DNA of 53,814 bases from a virus (IMGVR_UViG_3300022407_002984:1-53814), one strand, 5' to 3'; shown: positions 1-8,516, counted from the first letter of the stretch. Translations and numbers: made by a program. Notes: a model not told the origin generated them from the sequence alone.

Positions 1-2
1 AG

Positions 3-3000
3 AGTAGTATCAATTGTTATTGTTCCTGTTCCTACATTTTTTATTGTGTAATAATTATTATTACCAACTGCTGTAGGTAATGTTATATTGATTGTTCCTG
101 ATGCAAAGTAAAAATAATCAGTACTTGCTGATGAACCTGCTGCTGTATTTGTAGATACAGAGTTTATACTTTTAGTTGAACCTCCTCCTGCGCCAACAGC
201 AACCCAAGCAGTTCCATTAAATTGATACAAAGATAATAAAGTATTATCATAAACAATCAATCCCGTTGCTGGTGTTACAATTGCATTACGTTGTGTGGTT
301 GTCATTCTCGGAGGTAAAAATCCTTGAGTAGTTGAAAAAACATCTAATTTAGCAGAAGCTGCTGGCCCAGACGTTCCAATTAAAATACTTCCCGTATCTA
401 TCACTGTTAAAGCTGGAACAATTGCAACTCCGTTATAATAACTTAAAGTTGGACCAGTAAAACCATATAAATCAGCTTTTCCTCCTCGAGTAGTCATAAC
501 CGCATTTGTAGCATTAAAAGATACTCCATTTACTTGTCCAGCTCCATTAACATTAAATAAATCAGCTGTGTCTACGCTATTCCTAACCTTTAAAGCAATA
601 TCGGTTGTCAAAGCTCCCTGTGCTCTTACATCAAGTCTCGCGTTAGCCGTTGTCGCTCCAATACCTACGTTACCTCTTAAAGCAGTTGTTAAAATAGATG
701 AGTTTCCTAATACAACTGTATTTGAGCCAAGTCCTATTGCATTATGCCCAATTACAATTTGATTATTTTCTCCATTTCCATTTGCTCTTGAGCCATTTCC
801 GATAAATATGCTTTCGCCTGAAGTTGTCAAAGAAGTAGCACCATCAGCAATAAACCGTCCAGCATTAAACCCTATTCCAATATTATTTGTACCTATTATA
901 CTTAATAATGAAAAAGTCCCAATAGATGTATTTGCGGCTCCTGTTGTGTTTAGGGATAAAGAGTCTCTACCAATAGCTGTATTACTTCCTCCTGAAGTTG
1001 CAGAATTACCAGCAAAATACCCAAAAAAAGTATTACTCCCTACAGATGAATTTCTCCCAGAATTTTCACCAAAAATAGTTGAAGTGTTAACGCCACCAGC
1101 CCCGTTATTGTAAACATCTCCTGTTCCATTTACAATTAAAAAGTCCCTTGTGTCAGCGCTATTCCTAACTCTGAAAGCTATGTCAGTTGATAAAGCTCCT
1201 TGTGCATTAATTTGCAATATTGCCGCTGGGTTTGTTGTTCCAATACCAACATTTCCAGTTGTTGTAATACGCATACGCTCTCCTAAAGCAGCTCCATCAT
1301 AAGTAGAAAACAATAAATTACCCGTAGTTGCTCCAGATACTGCTATTTGTGCATATCCACCTGCATTATTACCGAAGGCTAAAGCGTTTGTACCATTTAT
1401 ACGGGCTCTTCCATTAACAACAAGTTTATCTGAAGGAATCGTATCTCCAATACCTACGTTTCCAGTTGAGGTAATACGCATTTTTTCGGAAATTGACGTT
1501 GCATTTCCAGTTGATAAAGCTAAGCCTAACGCTCCACCACTTCCGTCGTCATAAGACGATATACTTGCTGCAATATTACTCTCAGCCCAACCTATAATTC
1601 CGCCATAATAATTTGTTGTTGTTGGTGCATATAATAACAAAGACGCATCAGCTGGAACATTTGAGACTGTAGATAAATTGGTGATTTTTTGAGTTTCAAT
1701 TTGTCCGCTTATTCGAGCAAGGCCAACAACGTCAAGAGTTCTTGTTGGAGTTGCCGTTCCAATACCTAATCTATTATTTGTATTGTCCCAAAAAAAGTTT
1801 GCGTTATCCTGAGCGATTGTCGTTCCATTTGAAAATAAAACCGAGCCACTTGTGAAACTTGGTAAAGTAAATTTTCCGTTAAAAGTATTCCAATCGGTAG
1901 AACTTAAAGCCCCTCTATTTACTGCCGATGCCGTTGGTAAATTGAATGTATGTGTATCAGTAACGGATGATATATTAAAATCTGTACCTGATGTTCCAAC
2001 TGAAAAATATTGTACTTGCTGGGTTAATCCATTTAACGCTGTTAACCCTGTTGAAAATGTAGTTAATACTTCTGATAAATTACTATTTTCAGTATGTAAT
2101 GTAATAGTTCTACCCCCCGTATTTACAAATATTCTAACAGCTAACCTATCAGTTATAAGTAATGTAGTTTGAGGCACTGGAATTGAAGTGAAGTATTGGT
2201 CAACAACTGTACCATTTGTAATGCCTTCAGGATTTAAAGAGTCGCTTGCAATAAGCGTAAAAACATTAGTTGCATCTACTTTATAAAGCTCAGCATAAAA
2301 ACTAGGCGAACCACCACCACTACTCGCATTAAAATAAAATTCTACATTCCAATTACCACCAGGTATGTTTAATTGACTAGGGTCGCCTGCGTCAGTTATA
2401 AATGATGCAATATATCCATTACCAGCTCCATTTGTTCTTGTAAAATTAGTACCAACTCCAAATACTGGAGTCCTACTCATTTGGTAATAAGGGGTTCCTC
2501 CAAATGTACCCTGAGAAATACTACCATTAAGATAATAGTTAAAAGATGAACCTCCTCCTGTTGAAGTTGGGAATGTTGCTAACGTACCATCTCCTCTTAT
2601 ATATTGGCTTGATATACCCGCTCCCGTTATTGCAAATGTACCTGATGATGTAATAGTACTTGGAGTAACATTAAATGCAGAAGGAACGGTCATTCCTATA
2701 GATGTAACAGTACCAACATCAATCCAATCCGTCTGTGTTCCTTTAGAAGAAAGAACTTGACCAAGTGTACCAGGAGAATTATTCGAATCGTAGAAAGCTC
2801 CTGTTATTTTTGCATTAGAAGCGTTTATATCTCCTATTAATGTTATATCATTTGTAGCTGTATTACCTACTGATAAAACATCCGCCAATCCTGGAGTTAC
2901 TGCTGAAGGTGAATTTATCCATCTTATACCTGTCGCTGTCTTTGAAAGTACTTGTCCTATAATTCCAATTCCTCCAGTATCATCTTGAATGTTTCCTGGT

Positions 3001-3434
3001 ATTATTCTTGTTGAAGTAATATTACCAACAAGAGTTATATTTTGTGTAGCAATATTACCTGCATTTAAAACAGCCTGTAGCGTATCAATAGGTAAGTTAA
3101 CCCAATTAATACTTGATGTTCCTTTGCTTAGATATTGGAATACAGTACCTTGACTTCCGCTTGTATCCTCAATATTATTTGGTTTAATTACCGTAGTGGT
3201 AATTGTACCTGTTAATGTAATATTTTGAGTAGCAGTATTTCCCGTATTAAGTACAGCTTGTAATGAAGCTGCAGGGAAATTTGCTGAGAATAATTGTAAT
3301 AACTCCCCTAAAGAAAAGTTCTTTGTTGCAAGGGGAGTAGATGTAGGAGGAGTCCTAATAGCTTCTGTACCTATCAGTCTATCGCTTAATTGTAAGGGAG
3401 TATCCGCTGAAGGATAAGTAGCTATTTTAGACAT
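3..3434 (-). CDS. Tail fibre / receptor-binding protein, 3' end beyond window (>1144 aa)
   Basis: Not in ORF track because there is no stop in the window. Manual translation from ATG 3434 gives MSKIATYPSADTPLQLSDRLIGTE..., three LQAVLNxGNxATQNITL-type repeats, several GNVGIG motifs, YadA-head-like NTAIG/NTSIG repeats, GFLPPRMTTTQRNAI, ending ...YTIKNVGTGTITIDTT at the edge. Frame checked at start, middle and edge. Confidence 0.85.
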   Translation of the reverse strand, partial: MSKIATYPSADTPLQLSDRLIGTEAIRTPPTSTPLATKNFSLGELLQLFSANFPAASLQAVLNTGNTATQNITLTGTITTTVIKPNNIEDTSGSQGTVFQYLSKGTSSINWVNLPIDTLQAVLNAGNIATQNITLVGNITSTRIIPGNIQDDTGGIGIIGQVLSKTATGIRWINSPSAVTPGLADVLSVGNTATNDITLIGDINASNAKITGAFYDSNNSPGTLGQVLSSKGTQTDWIDVGTVTSIGMTVPSAFNVTPSTITSSGTFAITGAGISSQYIRGDGTLATFPTSTGGGSSFNYYLNGSISQGTFGGTPYYQMSRTPVFGVGTNFTRTNGAGNGYIASFITDAGDPSQLNIPGGNWNVEFYFNASSGGGSPSFYAELYKVDATNVFTLIASDSLNPEGITNGTVVDQYFTSIPVPQTTLLITDRLAVRIFVNTGGRTITLHTENSNLSEVLTTFSTGLTALNGLTQQVQYFSVGTSGTDFNISSVTDTHTFNLPTASAVNRGALSSTDWNTFNGKFTLPSFTSGSVLFSNGTTIAQDNANFFWDNTNNRLGIGTATPTRTLDVVGLARISGQIETQKITNLSTVSNVPADASLLLYAPTTTNYYGGIIGWAESNIAASISSYDDGSGGALGLALSTGNATSISEKMRITSTGNVGIGDTIPSDKLVVNGRARINGTNALAFGNNAGGYAQIAVSGATTGNLLFSTYDGAALGERMRITTTGNVGIGTTNPAAILQINAQGALSTDIAFRVRNSADTRDFLIVNGTGDVYNNGAGGVNTSTIFGENSGRNSSVGSNTFFGYFAGNSATSGGSNTAIGRDSLSLNTTGAANTSIGTFSLLSIIGTNNIGIGFNAGRFIADGATSLTTSGESIFIGNGSRANGNGENNQIVIGHNAIGLGSNTVVLGNSSILTTALRGNVGIGATTANARLDVRAQGALTTDIALKVRNSVDTADLFNVNGAGQVNGVSFNATNAVMTTRGGKADLYGFTGPTLSYYNGVAIVPALTVIDTGSILIGTSGPAASAKLDVFSTTQGFLPPRMTTTQRNAIVTPATGLIVYDNTLLSLYQFNGTAWVAVGAGGGSTKSINSVSTNTAAGSSASTDYFYFASGTINITLPTAVGNNNYYTIKNVGTGTITIDTT

Positions 3435-3452
3435 TATATTTTAATTTAATTA

Positions 3453-3716
3453 TTAAACAACAATTCTGACTTCTCCTGTAGATGTTTTGTAAATTGAATT
3501 TACAGCAAGACCACCTGAAATAGCTGCAGCATTGTTTGCATAAGTAGGAAGAGTTCCTCCTACTTTAGTTACAAATTGCCCTGTAGTAGTAGCAAGAGTA
3601 ATAACATCTGATACGAGAAAGTTTTGAGTTGAATTAAGGTTATTTACATCTGTTCCTAACAAAAAATCATCCAATGATGGAGGAGGGGTATCAGCGTATG
3701 TACTAATCTTTGCCAT
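3453..3716 (-). CDS. Small virion protein sharing its N-terminal domain with the tail fibre
   Basis: MAKISTYADTPPPSLDDFLLGTD resembles tail fibre MSKIATYPSADTPLQLSDRLIGTE; C-terminal YANNAAAISGGLAVNSIY. Confidence 0.6.
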   Translation of the reverse strand: MAKISTYADTPPPSLDDFLLGTDVNNLNSTQNFLVSDVITLATTTGQFVTKVGGTLPTYANNAAAISGGLAVNSIYKTSTGEVRIVV

Positions 3717-3718
3717 TT

Positions 3719-3949
3719 TTATTCTTCTTTTTTGGTTACTTCTCCTGTTTGAATATTGATAACTGCATCTGCACCATACTTTTCAACTAATTGTTTTTCG
3801 TGTGCTGCAAATTCTACCTTTAATTCTTCAATGTGACGAATGATTTGTTGCTTTTGTAATTCAACATCTCCAATTGCCATTTTCGCTTTGTTAAACTCAG
3901 AGTTTAATTCTTGAATTTTTACTAATTCTTCTTGCGTTACTTGTTCCAT
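3719..3949 (-). CDS. Small coiled-coil protein, possible tail-fibre assembly chaperone
   Basis: Heptad-like E/K/Q-rich 76 aa; own promoter (3978-3985); directly upstream of fibre genes. Confidence 0.5.
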   Translation of the reverse strand: MEQVTQEELVKIQELNSEFNKAKMAIGDVELQKQQIIRHIEELKVEFAAHEKQLVEKYGADAVINIQTGEVTKKEE

Positions 3950-3974
3950 TTTGATTTTGATTTAATTATTAATT

Positions 3975-4439
3975 CTACAAAGATAGGAATTTACTTTTAA
4001 ATCTATTATATAAATATATTAGTAATAAAATAATTAATATCCACCATATATATATCGTATAGTTTGCCTTCTTATCAATTTCTTTTTTAAATGTTTTTAC
4101 CTTAGCTTCTTTTTTTACCTCAACCTTAATAGAGGTCTTTTCAGACACTTTTATTTTTGTAGTATCTACTAAGACCTTTTTTGTTTTTTTGTATCGTAGC
4201 TTGGCGTTTTTATACGTTATTCCGTTCACAACCATAGGTAATGAATCAGATACTGGGCATACCTCTACTTCATCAGTATTAGTTACAATACTAATGTGAT
4301 TATCTTGAGTAGTAACTACTTCTTGTTTGGTAACTGAAGTACTATCTACTTTTGTTGTATTATCTACTTTGTCCACATTGACTTTTCTTGCAGCGCAAGA
4401 TGATAAAAGTAAAATAATTAATAATAGTATTTTTTTCAT
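3975..4439 (-). CDS. Putative unimolecular spanin
   Basis: Lipoprotein signal MKKILLLIILLLSSC plus C-terminal TM YTIYIWWILIILLLIYLY; follows endolysin with 4-nt overlap. Confidence 0.7.
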   Translation of the reverse strand: MKKILLLIILLLSSCAARKVNVDKVDNTTKVDSTSVTKQEVVTTQDNHISIVTNTDEVEVCPVSDSLPMVVNGITYKNAKLRYKKTKKVLVDTTKIKVSEKTSIKVEVKKEAKVKTFKKEIDKKANYTIYIWWILIILLLIYLYNRFKSKFLSL

Positions 4440-4930
4440 TTTTTAAAGTATAAATTGGCTTCTGCTTTTCTTCTTAAAATTAATCCTTTCATTATAATTC
4501 CATCAGCTGTTATATAATGTTGTTCAAACCAATTACGAATGTCTTTATCAGATGCTTTTGAATTAATCAACTTATACAATGTATTAGAACCTCCCGTGTT
4601 ATAAACATAAGAGACTAATGCACTAAATTGGTTTTCATTTAGTGGAACTTTAATATTTTGAGCTACAATATGTTCTCTTGGGGTAAGGTCTTCAGCCAAT
4701 GCTTTTAAAGCATCTTCTATTGTATGTATCTTTGATTTTTTATAAGCTAATTCAATATTTTTAGCCCCTTTAATAAAGTTACCTTTATTATCTCTCATTG
4801 CTCTTCCATAACCTTCAGTCCATATTCCTATTGGGTCCATTTTAGGTTGAAGTCCAATTTGTTTTAAGTCACCATCGTGTAAAGACTCAAAGTGTTTTAT
4901 TAGATTTATTCCTTCTTGATTTGTTTTCAT
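4436..4930 (-). CDS. Endolysin, GH24 lysozyme
   Basis: GINLIKHFE...DPIGIWTEGYG...LNENQFSALVSYVYNTG...GLILRRKAEANLY motifs. Confidence 0.92.
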   Translation of the reverse strand: MKTNQEGINLIKHFESLHDGDLKQIGLQPKMDPIGIWTEGYGRAMRDNKGNFIKGAKNIELAYKKSKIHTIEDALKALAEDLTPREHIVAQNIKVPLNENQFSALVSYVYNTGGSNTLYKLINSKASDKDIRNWFEQHYITADGIIMKGLILRRKAEANLYFKK

Positions 4931-5361
4931 TATTGTAAGTCGGTTACATTTGATTTAATTTCTTTTGCTCTAAGGAATGCTTTTTTAAGTAACTTCCAAA
5001 TATCTATTTTAAATGTAGCTTCTATATTTTCTTTAATTGATACTAATTCAATAAAAATTAAAAGTATCGCACATATTTTTGTAAACATATATTGGAATCC
5101 AAACCACTTGGAAATAAACTCATTAAGAACAAACTTGTCAATTACAAAAAGAAGTAATATACATATTTCGTATAGCGCCATCTTTGATATAATATTAGAA
5201 AGTATTCTACTTCTAATACTGCACCATCCTGTTAATTTTATGCTTTTAAAAATACCTGTGAATGTATCAAGAGCTATTGCAGTACCAACAGCAATTAAAA
5301 GTCCATATATAGGAACAAATAAAAGAACCAAAGACGATATTATATATTTTAAGTATTTCAT
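4930..5361 (-). CDS. Holin
   Basis: Multiple hydrophobic segments, DTFTG and ELVSIKENI motifs; TAATG coupling to endolysin. Confidence 0.8.
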   Translation of the reverse strand: MKYLKYIISSLVLLFVPIYGLLIAVGTAIALDTFTGIFKSIKLTGWCSIRSRILSNIISKMALYEICILLLFVIDKFVLNEFISKWFGFQYMFTKICAILLIFIELVSIKENIEATFKIDIWKLLKKAFLRAKEIKSNVTDLQ

Positions 5362-5495
5362 TATCTTCCTTGACCTTTATATGCTTTTACATAGTTTTTA
5401 CTTGACTTTAATTTGCTTGTTTTTGTTTTTGATGCTACACCTGTTTTTTTAGGTTTAGCCTCATAAGCAGACTCTTGTTGTTTAACTTTTGCCAT
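5361..5495 (-). CDS. Small basic protein (44 aa)
   Basis: Manual translation MAKVKQQESAYEAKPKKTGVASKTKTSKLKSSKNYVKAYKGQGR; fills gap exactly. Confidence 0.7.
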   Translation of the reverse strand: MAKVKQQESAYEAKPKKTGVASKTKTSKLKSSKNYVKAYKGQGR

Positions 5496-5496
5496 C

Positions 5497-6045
5497 TTAC
5501 CAAACTGCGTATAAATCTCCCACTAAATCAGCTGTATCTGTAAACCAAACTTTTTTAATTTGTATAGGAAAAAATGGCTTACTTATTTTTCCAACAATCA
5601 TATCGTCTCCACCTATTGTTGTTACGTGCAAAGTTCCTGTATCTTGGCTTCCTCCCATATACAAGAAAGCTCCTGTATTTCCTAAACCTGTTTGTGCTCC
5701 TTCTTGATATATAAAATAGTCATAACCTGAACCCTGAAATATATCATCGTTTAATTGTAGTCCTGTAGGTGCTTTAACCGATACAACAGTAGCAGCTTTA
5801 CCTGTATCGTAACAATACACAACATCGCCTACGTTTACAAGATATCTTACATTATTTTGTGAAGACTGTGCTTCTGAACTTGCATTAACAAAAAATTTTG
5901 CGGTTTCGTCTATTAACAGATTAGGGTCTTCACTATCGTAACCTGTATTGCTACCACTATATAATAAATTTGGAGTTGGAACATTGCAAAAATCTGAAGC
6001 TATTACCTTTAATGCTCTCGAAAATGTTTCTTTAAATACTGACAT
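5497..6045 (-). CDS. Hypothetical virion-associated beta-rich protein
   Basis: 182 aa in late operon; shares a VGDxV-containing domain with 47040-47975. Confidence 0.55.
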   Translation of the reverse strand: MSVFKETFSRALKVIASDFCNVPTPNLLYSGSNTGYDSEDPNLLIDETAKFFVNASSEAQSSQNNVRYLVNVGDVVYCYDTGKAATVVSVKAPTGLQLNDDIFQGSGYDYFIYQEGAQTGLGNTGAFLYMGGSQDTGTLHVTTIGGDDMIVGKISKPFFPIQIKKVWFTDTADLVGDLYAVW

Positions 6046-6050
6046 AATTT

Positions 6051-6224
6051 CTAATTTTTATAAAATATTTTGTTTACTAATAAGTTAGGATTGTTTAATT
6101 CCTTTTTTCTTTCAGGGCATCCGCATTTTTTTCCTGTTGCTTCTGCAACTTTTTCAACCACTGCCTTAATACCCGTAGCAGTAGTTATTTTTTCAATCGT
6201 ATCTCCTAATCCTTTTGATTTCAT
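6051..6224 (-). CDS. Small phage protein with CGC motif (57 aa)
   Basis: Manual translation MKSKGLGDTIEKITTATGIKAVVEKVAEATGKKCGCPERKKELN... Confidence 0.75.
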   Translation of the reverse strand: MKSKGLGDTIEKITTATGIKAVVEKVAEATGKKCGCPERKKELNNPNLLVNKIFYKN

Positions 6225-6246
6225 TGTGTAAAGATATTAAATTTTA

Positions 6247-6585
6247 TTAAATTTTTGAAACTCTATTTCCCATACCTATTCTTGACTTCTCTGCTTTTTT
6301 AGCAGATAATTTAGACTTACTAATCTCTGATATGGTTTTTGGTGTTTTTGATGACACCTTTACTTTTGGTCTGCAGTATTCATTATTTCCTCCTGCACCA
6401 CAAGCTTTTCCTGATTTTGTATCAGTCCATTTTTCTTTATCCCATCTTTTTAAAGATGAACCTGCTTCAGTCTTTCTCACAATACCTGAACCTTTTCTAC
6501 ATTTAGCAATAGCTTGTGAAGCTCTTGCCGATGGAAAGACGTCATATTGTGCTTTTACTTTTTTATAACAAGCATCTTTTGGCAT
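6247..6585 (-). CDS. Basic Cys-containing phage protein (DUF5872-like)
   Basis: KDACYKKVK...PSARAS...LKRWDKEKW...CG...YCRP; family name from memory. Confidence 0.6.
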   Translation of the reverse strand: MPKDACYKKVKAQYDVFPSARASQAIAKCRKGSGIVRKTEAGSSLKRWDKEKWTDTKSGKACGAGGNNEYCRPKVKVSSKTPKTISEISKSKLSAKKAEKSRIGMGNRVSKI

Positions 6586-6586
6586 A

Positions 6587-6781
6587 TTATTTCTTTTTAG
6601 CAGGTATTACCCCTCTTGCAATAAGAATATCTTTTTTAGTAACTTTTTTATCTCCACTTACATCAGGAAATCCTTTTCCTTTAGTTGTGGTTTTACCTAC
6701 ATTACCTTTTAAGAATTTCATTTTACCGTCTAATGATTTTTTAGACTCGTACTGTTTTGCTTTTTCAATTACTTTTTTCAT
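6587..6781 (-). CDS. Small Lys-rich protein with EF-hand-like loop
   Basis: FPDVSGDKKVTKKDIL resembles a DxxxDxxxxxxD loop. Confidence 0.55.
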   Translation of the reverse strand: MKKVIEKAKQYESKKSLDGKMKFLKGNVGKTTTKGKGFPDVSGDKKVTKKDILIARGVIPAKKK

Positions 6782-7071
6782 TAGTATTTTCCTTTACGAT
6801 TACTTGGATTACTTGTAGTAGAACCTCCCGGTCCTGCCCATAAATTTTTACACGCCCAATATCTTGGGGTTAGTTTATCATTAGCCGTATCACAACTGTG
6901 TCTTGCTTTAAAACTTCTTCTTGCTGCAGGACTATAGTTGTTCCCATAACCTTTTGCTCCAAAATGGAGAAGTTTTTCCTCTCCATTGGAACAAGCTTTT
7001 ACCATCTTCTTCTTTCCAGGTCTATCGGAAGGAACAGGACGATTGCATTTCATATTTGCCTTATCAGCCAT
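6781..7071 (-). CDS. Basic phage protein (DUF6321/DUF5754-like)
   Basis: KKKMVK...HFG...RRSFKARH.C......RYWAC..LW motif; family name from memory. Confidence 0.65.
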   Translation of the reverse strand: MADKANMKCNRPVPSDRPGKKKMVKACSNGEEKLLHFGAKGYGNNYSPAARRSFKARHSCDTANDKLTPRYWACKNLWAGPGGSTTSNPSNRKGKY

Positions 7072-7211
7072 TATGCAGAAAAGTCTCTACTATAATGTCC
7101 TGCTTGAGCAACTACTTCTTCAGCTACTACTTCTTCAGCTACTACTTCTTCAACTGTAACTACCTCAGGAGTTACTACTTCAATATCTTTTACTTCTTTT
7201 GACTTTGCCAT
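7071..7211 (-). CDS. Small acidic protein with EEVVA repeats (46 aa)
   Basis: Manual translation MAKSKEVKDIEVVTPEVVTVEEVVAEEVVAEEVVAQAGHYSRDFSA; TAATG coupling to next gene. Confidence 0.7.
   Translation of the reverse strand: MAKSKEVKDIEVVTPEVVTVEEVVAEEVVAEEVVAQAGHYSRDFSA
7111..7155. repeat. 15-bp tandem repeat x3 (coding EEVVA)
   Basis: actacttcttcagct twice, then actacttcttcaact. Confidence 0.9.
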
Positions 7212-7230
7212 CTTAATTCTATTTTAAAAA

Positions 7231-7395
7231 TTAACAATAAGGATTAGTTCCCTTCATTCCTTTTCCTGATGCAGCTTTCATAACTTTACTTGCTAAACCA
7301 CTTCCATCAGCTTTAATTTTAAGCGGAGTATTATTTCCACTTGACATAGGCATCTGCATACGAGATGAACCTGGTAAGTTTGGTGTATCTTTCAT
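7231..7395 (-). CDS. Small basic protein with TPNLP leader (54 aa)
   Basis: Manual translation MKDTPNLPGSSRMQMPMSSGNNTPLKIKADGSGLASKVMKAASGKGMKGTNPYC. Confidence 0.7.
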   Translation of the reverse strand: MKDTPNLPGSSRMQMPMSSGNNTPLKIKADGSGLASKVMKAASGKGMKGTNPYC

Positions 7396-7553
7396 TATTT
7401 CTTTTTCATTGCAGTTTTAACAATTCCTTTCATTGCTCCTTTTACAGCTCCTTTAGCTGCTCCTTTAATTGCTCCTTTAATTGCAGGTTTAGCTGCTGCC
7501 ATTGGCATCTTCAATTTTGATGATGCAGGTAAATTTGGTGTTGATTTTGCCAT
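7395..7553 (-). CDS. Small Lys/Ala-rich protein with TPNLP leader and KGAx repeats (52 aa)
   Basis: Manual translation MAKSTPNLPASSKLKMPMAAAKPAIKGAIKGAAKGAVKGAMKGIVKTAMKKK. Confidence 0.7.
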   Translation of the reverse strand: MAKSTPNLPASSKLKMPMAAAKPAIKGAIKGAAKGAVKGAMKGIVKTAMKKK

Positions 7554-7582
7554 TTTGTTTGTATTTGTGTTAGTAATTATTA

Positions 7583-7834
7583 TTATTTTCCTGTTGTTCC
7601 TTTAAATGAAGCCAATCCATATAGGCTTCCATCTGCTGCAGATTTTCTTTCTCTACTTCTTGCTATTCTTGCTGCATTAACTTTTGAACGAGACTCATTA
7701 ATAGCAGTTTGCCTTGCAGCATTTCGTTTACTTATATCAGATAAAGCTGATTTTAAATCAGTAACCGGAGCCTCTACATCAGGGCTATCCGATAACGGAG
7801 TGTCTCTTCTCTCTTGTTTTGTCTTTAGCTTCAT
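7583..7834 (-). CDS. Small basic protein, RxDTPL-leader family
   Basis: RRDTPLSDSP near N-terminus. Confidence 0.7.
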   Translation of the reverse strand: MKLKTKQERRDTPLSDSPDVEAPVTDLKSALSDISKRNAARQTAINESRSKVNAARIARSRERKSAADGSLYGLASFKGTTGK

Positions 7835-7995
7835 ATCTTCTCTTGTGAAAGTTTATTTATCTGCTGAATAGCCGCATCTGCAGTAGCTTGATACTTAGTA
7901 ACAGGCTGAGTGTACTGCTGATTCATAGGCTGCAATCCTGAGGTAACAGGTTGTGGCTCAGGAGTATTTGCTAATGGTGTATCTGGTCTTTGCAT
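7831..7995 (-). CDS. Small Gln-rich protein, RPDTPL-leader family (54 aa)
   Basis: Manual translation MQRPDTPLANTPEPQPVTSGLQPMNQQYTQPVTKYQATADAAIQQINKLSQEKI; ATGA overlap with next gene. Confidence 0.75.
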   Translation of the reverse strand: MQRPDTPLANTPEPQPVTSGLQPMNQQYTQPVTKYQATADAAIQQINKLSQEKI

Positions 7996-7997
7996 TG

Positions 7998-8273
7998 TTA
8001 TTTGTTTTTTATTTTATATCCGTTTTTGTCATAACCGAGCTTTCCTTTATCAGATTGTCTAAGTTGATTAGAAATTGCTTTGTTTTTTTCAGAAACTAAA
8101 TTTCTCATCTCTTGACTTTTTTTATTATCATCCTTATCGTTAGAAATAAATTTTGGAAGATTTGGTATTAATTTTTGCATTTTTTGATTTATGTCTCTAA
8201 CTTTATTTCTAAAATATACTGTACTATCTTTAGGAATAGGAGTCTCAGCTAATGGTGTATCAGGTCTTTGCAT
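7998..8273 (-). CDS. Small basic protein, RPDTPL-leader family
   Basis: Begins MQRPDTPLAETPIP. Confidence 0.75.
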   Translation of the reverse strand: MQRPDTPLAETPIPKDSTVYFRNKVRDINQKMQKLIPNLPKFISNDKDDNKKSQEMRNLVSEKNKAISNQLRQSDKGKLGYDKNGYKIKNK

Positions 8274-8275
8274 TG

Positions 8276-8476
8276 TTATCTATTTAAATATTTAAAATCC
8301 TCAGGGTGGGCTTTCTCATCTTTTGGAGAAATACGAACTCCTGTTGCAACCTTTTGAGTACTCTTTCCTTTAGAAGGTAATTTCTCTTTAACTGCGTTAA
8401 ACATTTTTGGTGCAGGAGTTGCAGCCAATGGAGTATCAGGTCTTTTTACTTTTTTGTCTTTATTAGGTTGTTCCAT
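8276..8476 (-). CDS. Small basic protein, RPDTPL-leader family
   Basis: KRPDTPLAATPAP near N-terminus; first gene after promoter 8509-8516. Confidence 0.75.
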   Translation of the reverse strand: MEQPNKDKKVKRPDTPLAATPAPKMFNAVKEKLPSKGKSTQKVATGVRISPKDEKAHPEDFKYLNR

Positions 8477-8497
8477 TGTTATGTCTATTTTAATTAA

Positions 8498-8516
8498 TAA
8501 CTTTGTAGCAAATGTA
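8498..8516. promoter_or_regulatory. Two opposed Bacteroidota -7 promoter elements
   Basis: + strand TAACTTTG 8498-8505; - strand TACATTTG 8509-8516; both match TAnnTTTG. Confidence 0.65.

Noticed and set aside
568-2172. + strand ORFs 568-762, 808-1113, 1852-2172
   Set aside because: Antisense shadows of the long minus-strand tail fibre frame.
3-3434. Diversity-generating retroelement or invertible tail cassette
   Set aside because: No reverse transcriptase or invertase in the window; the duplicated segments differ largely at synonymous positions, not adenine-specifically.
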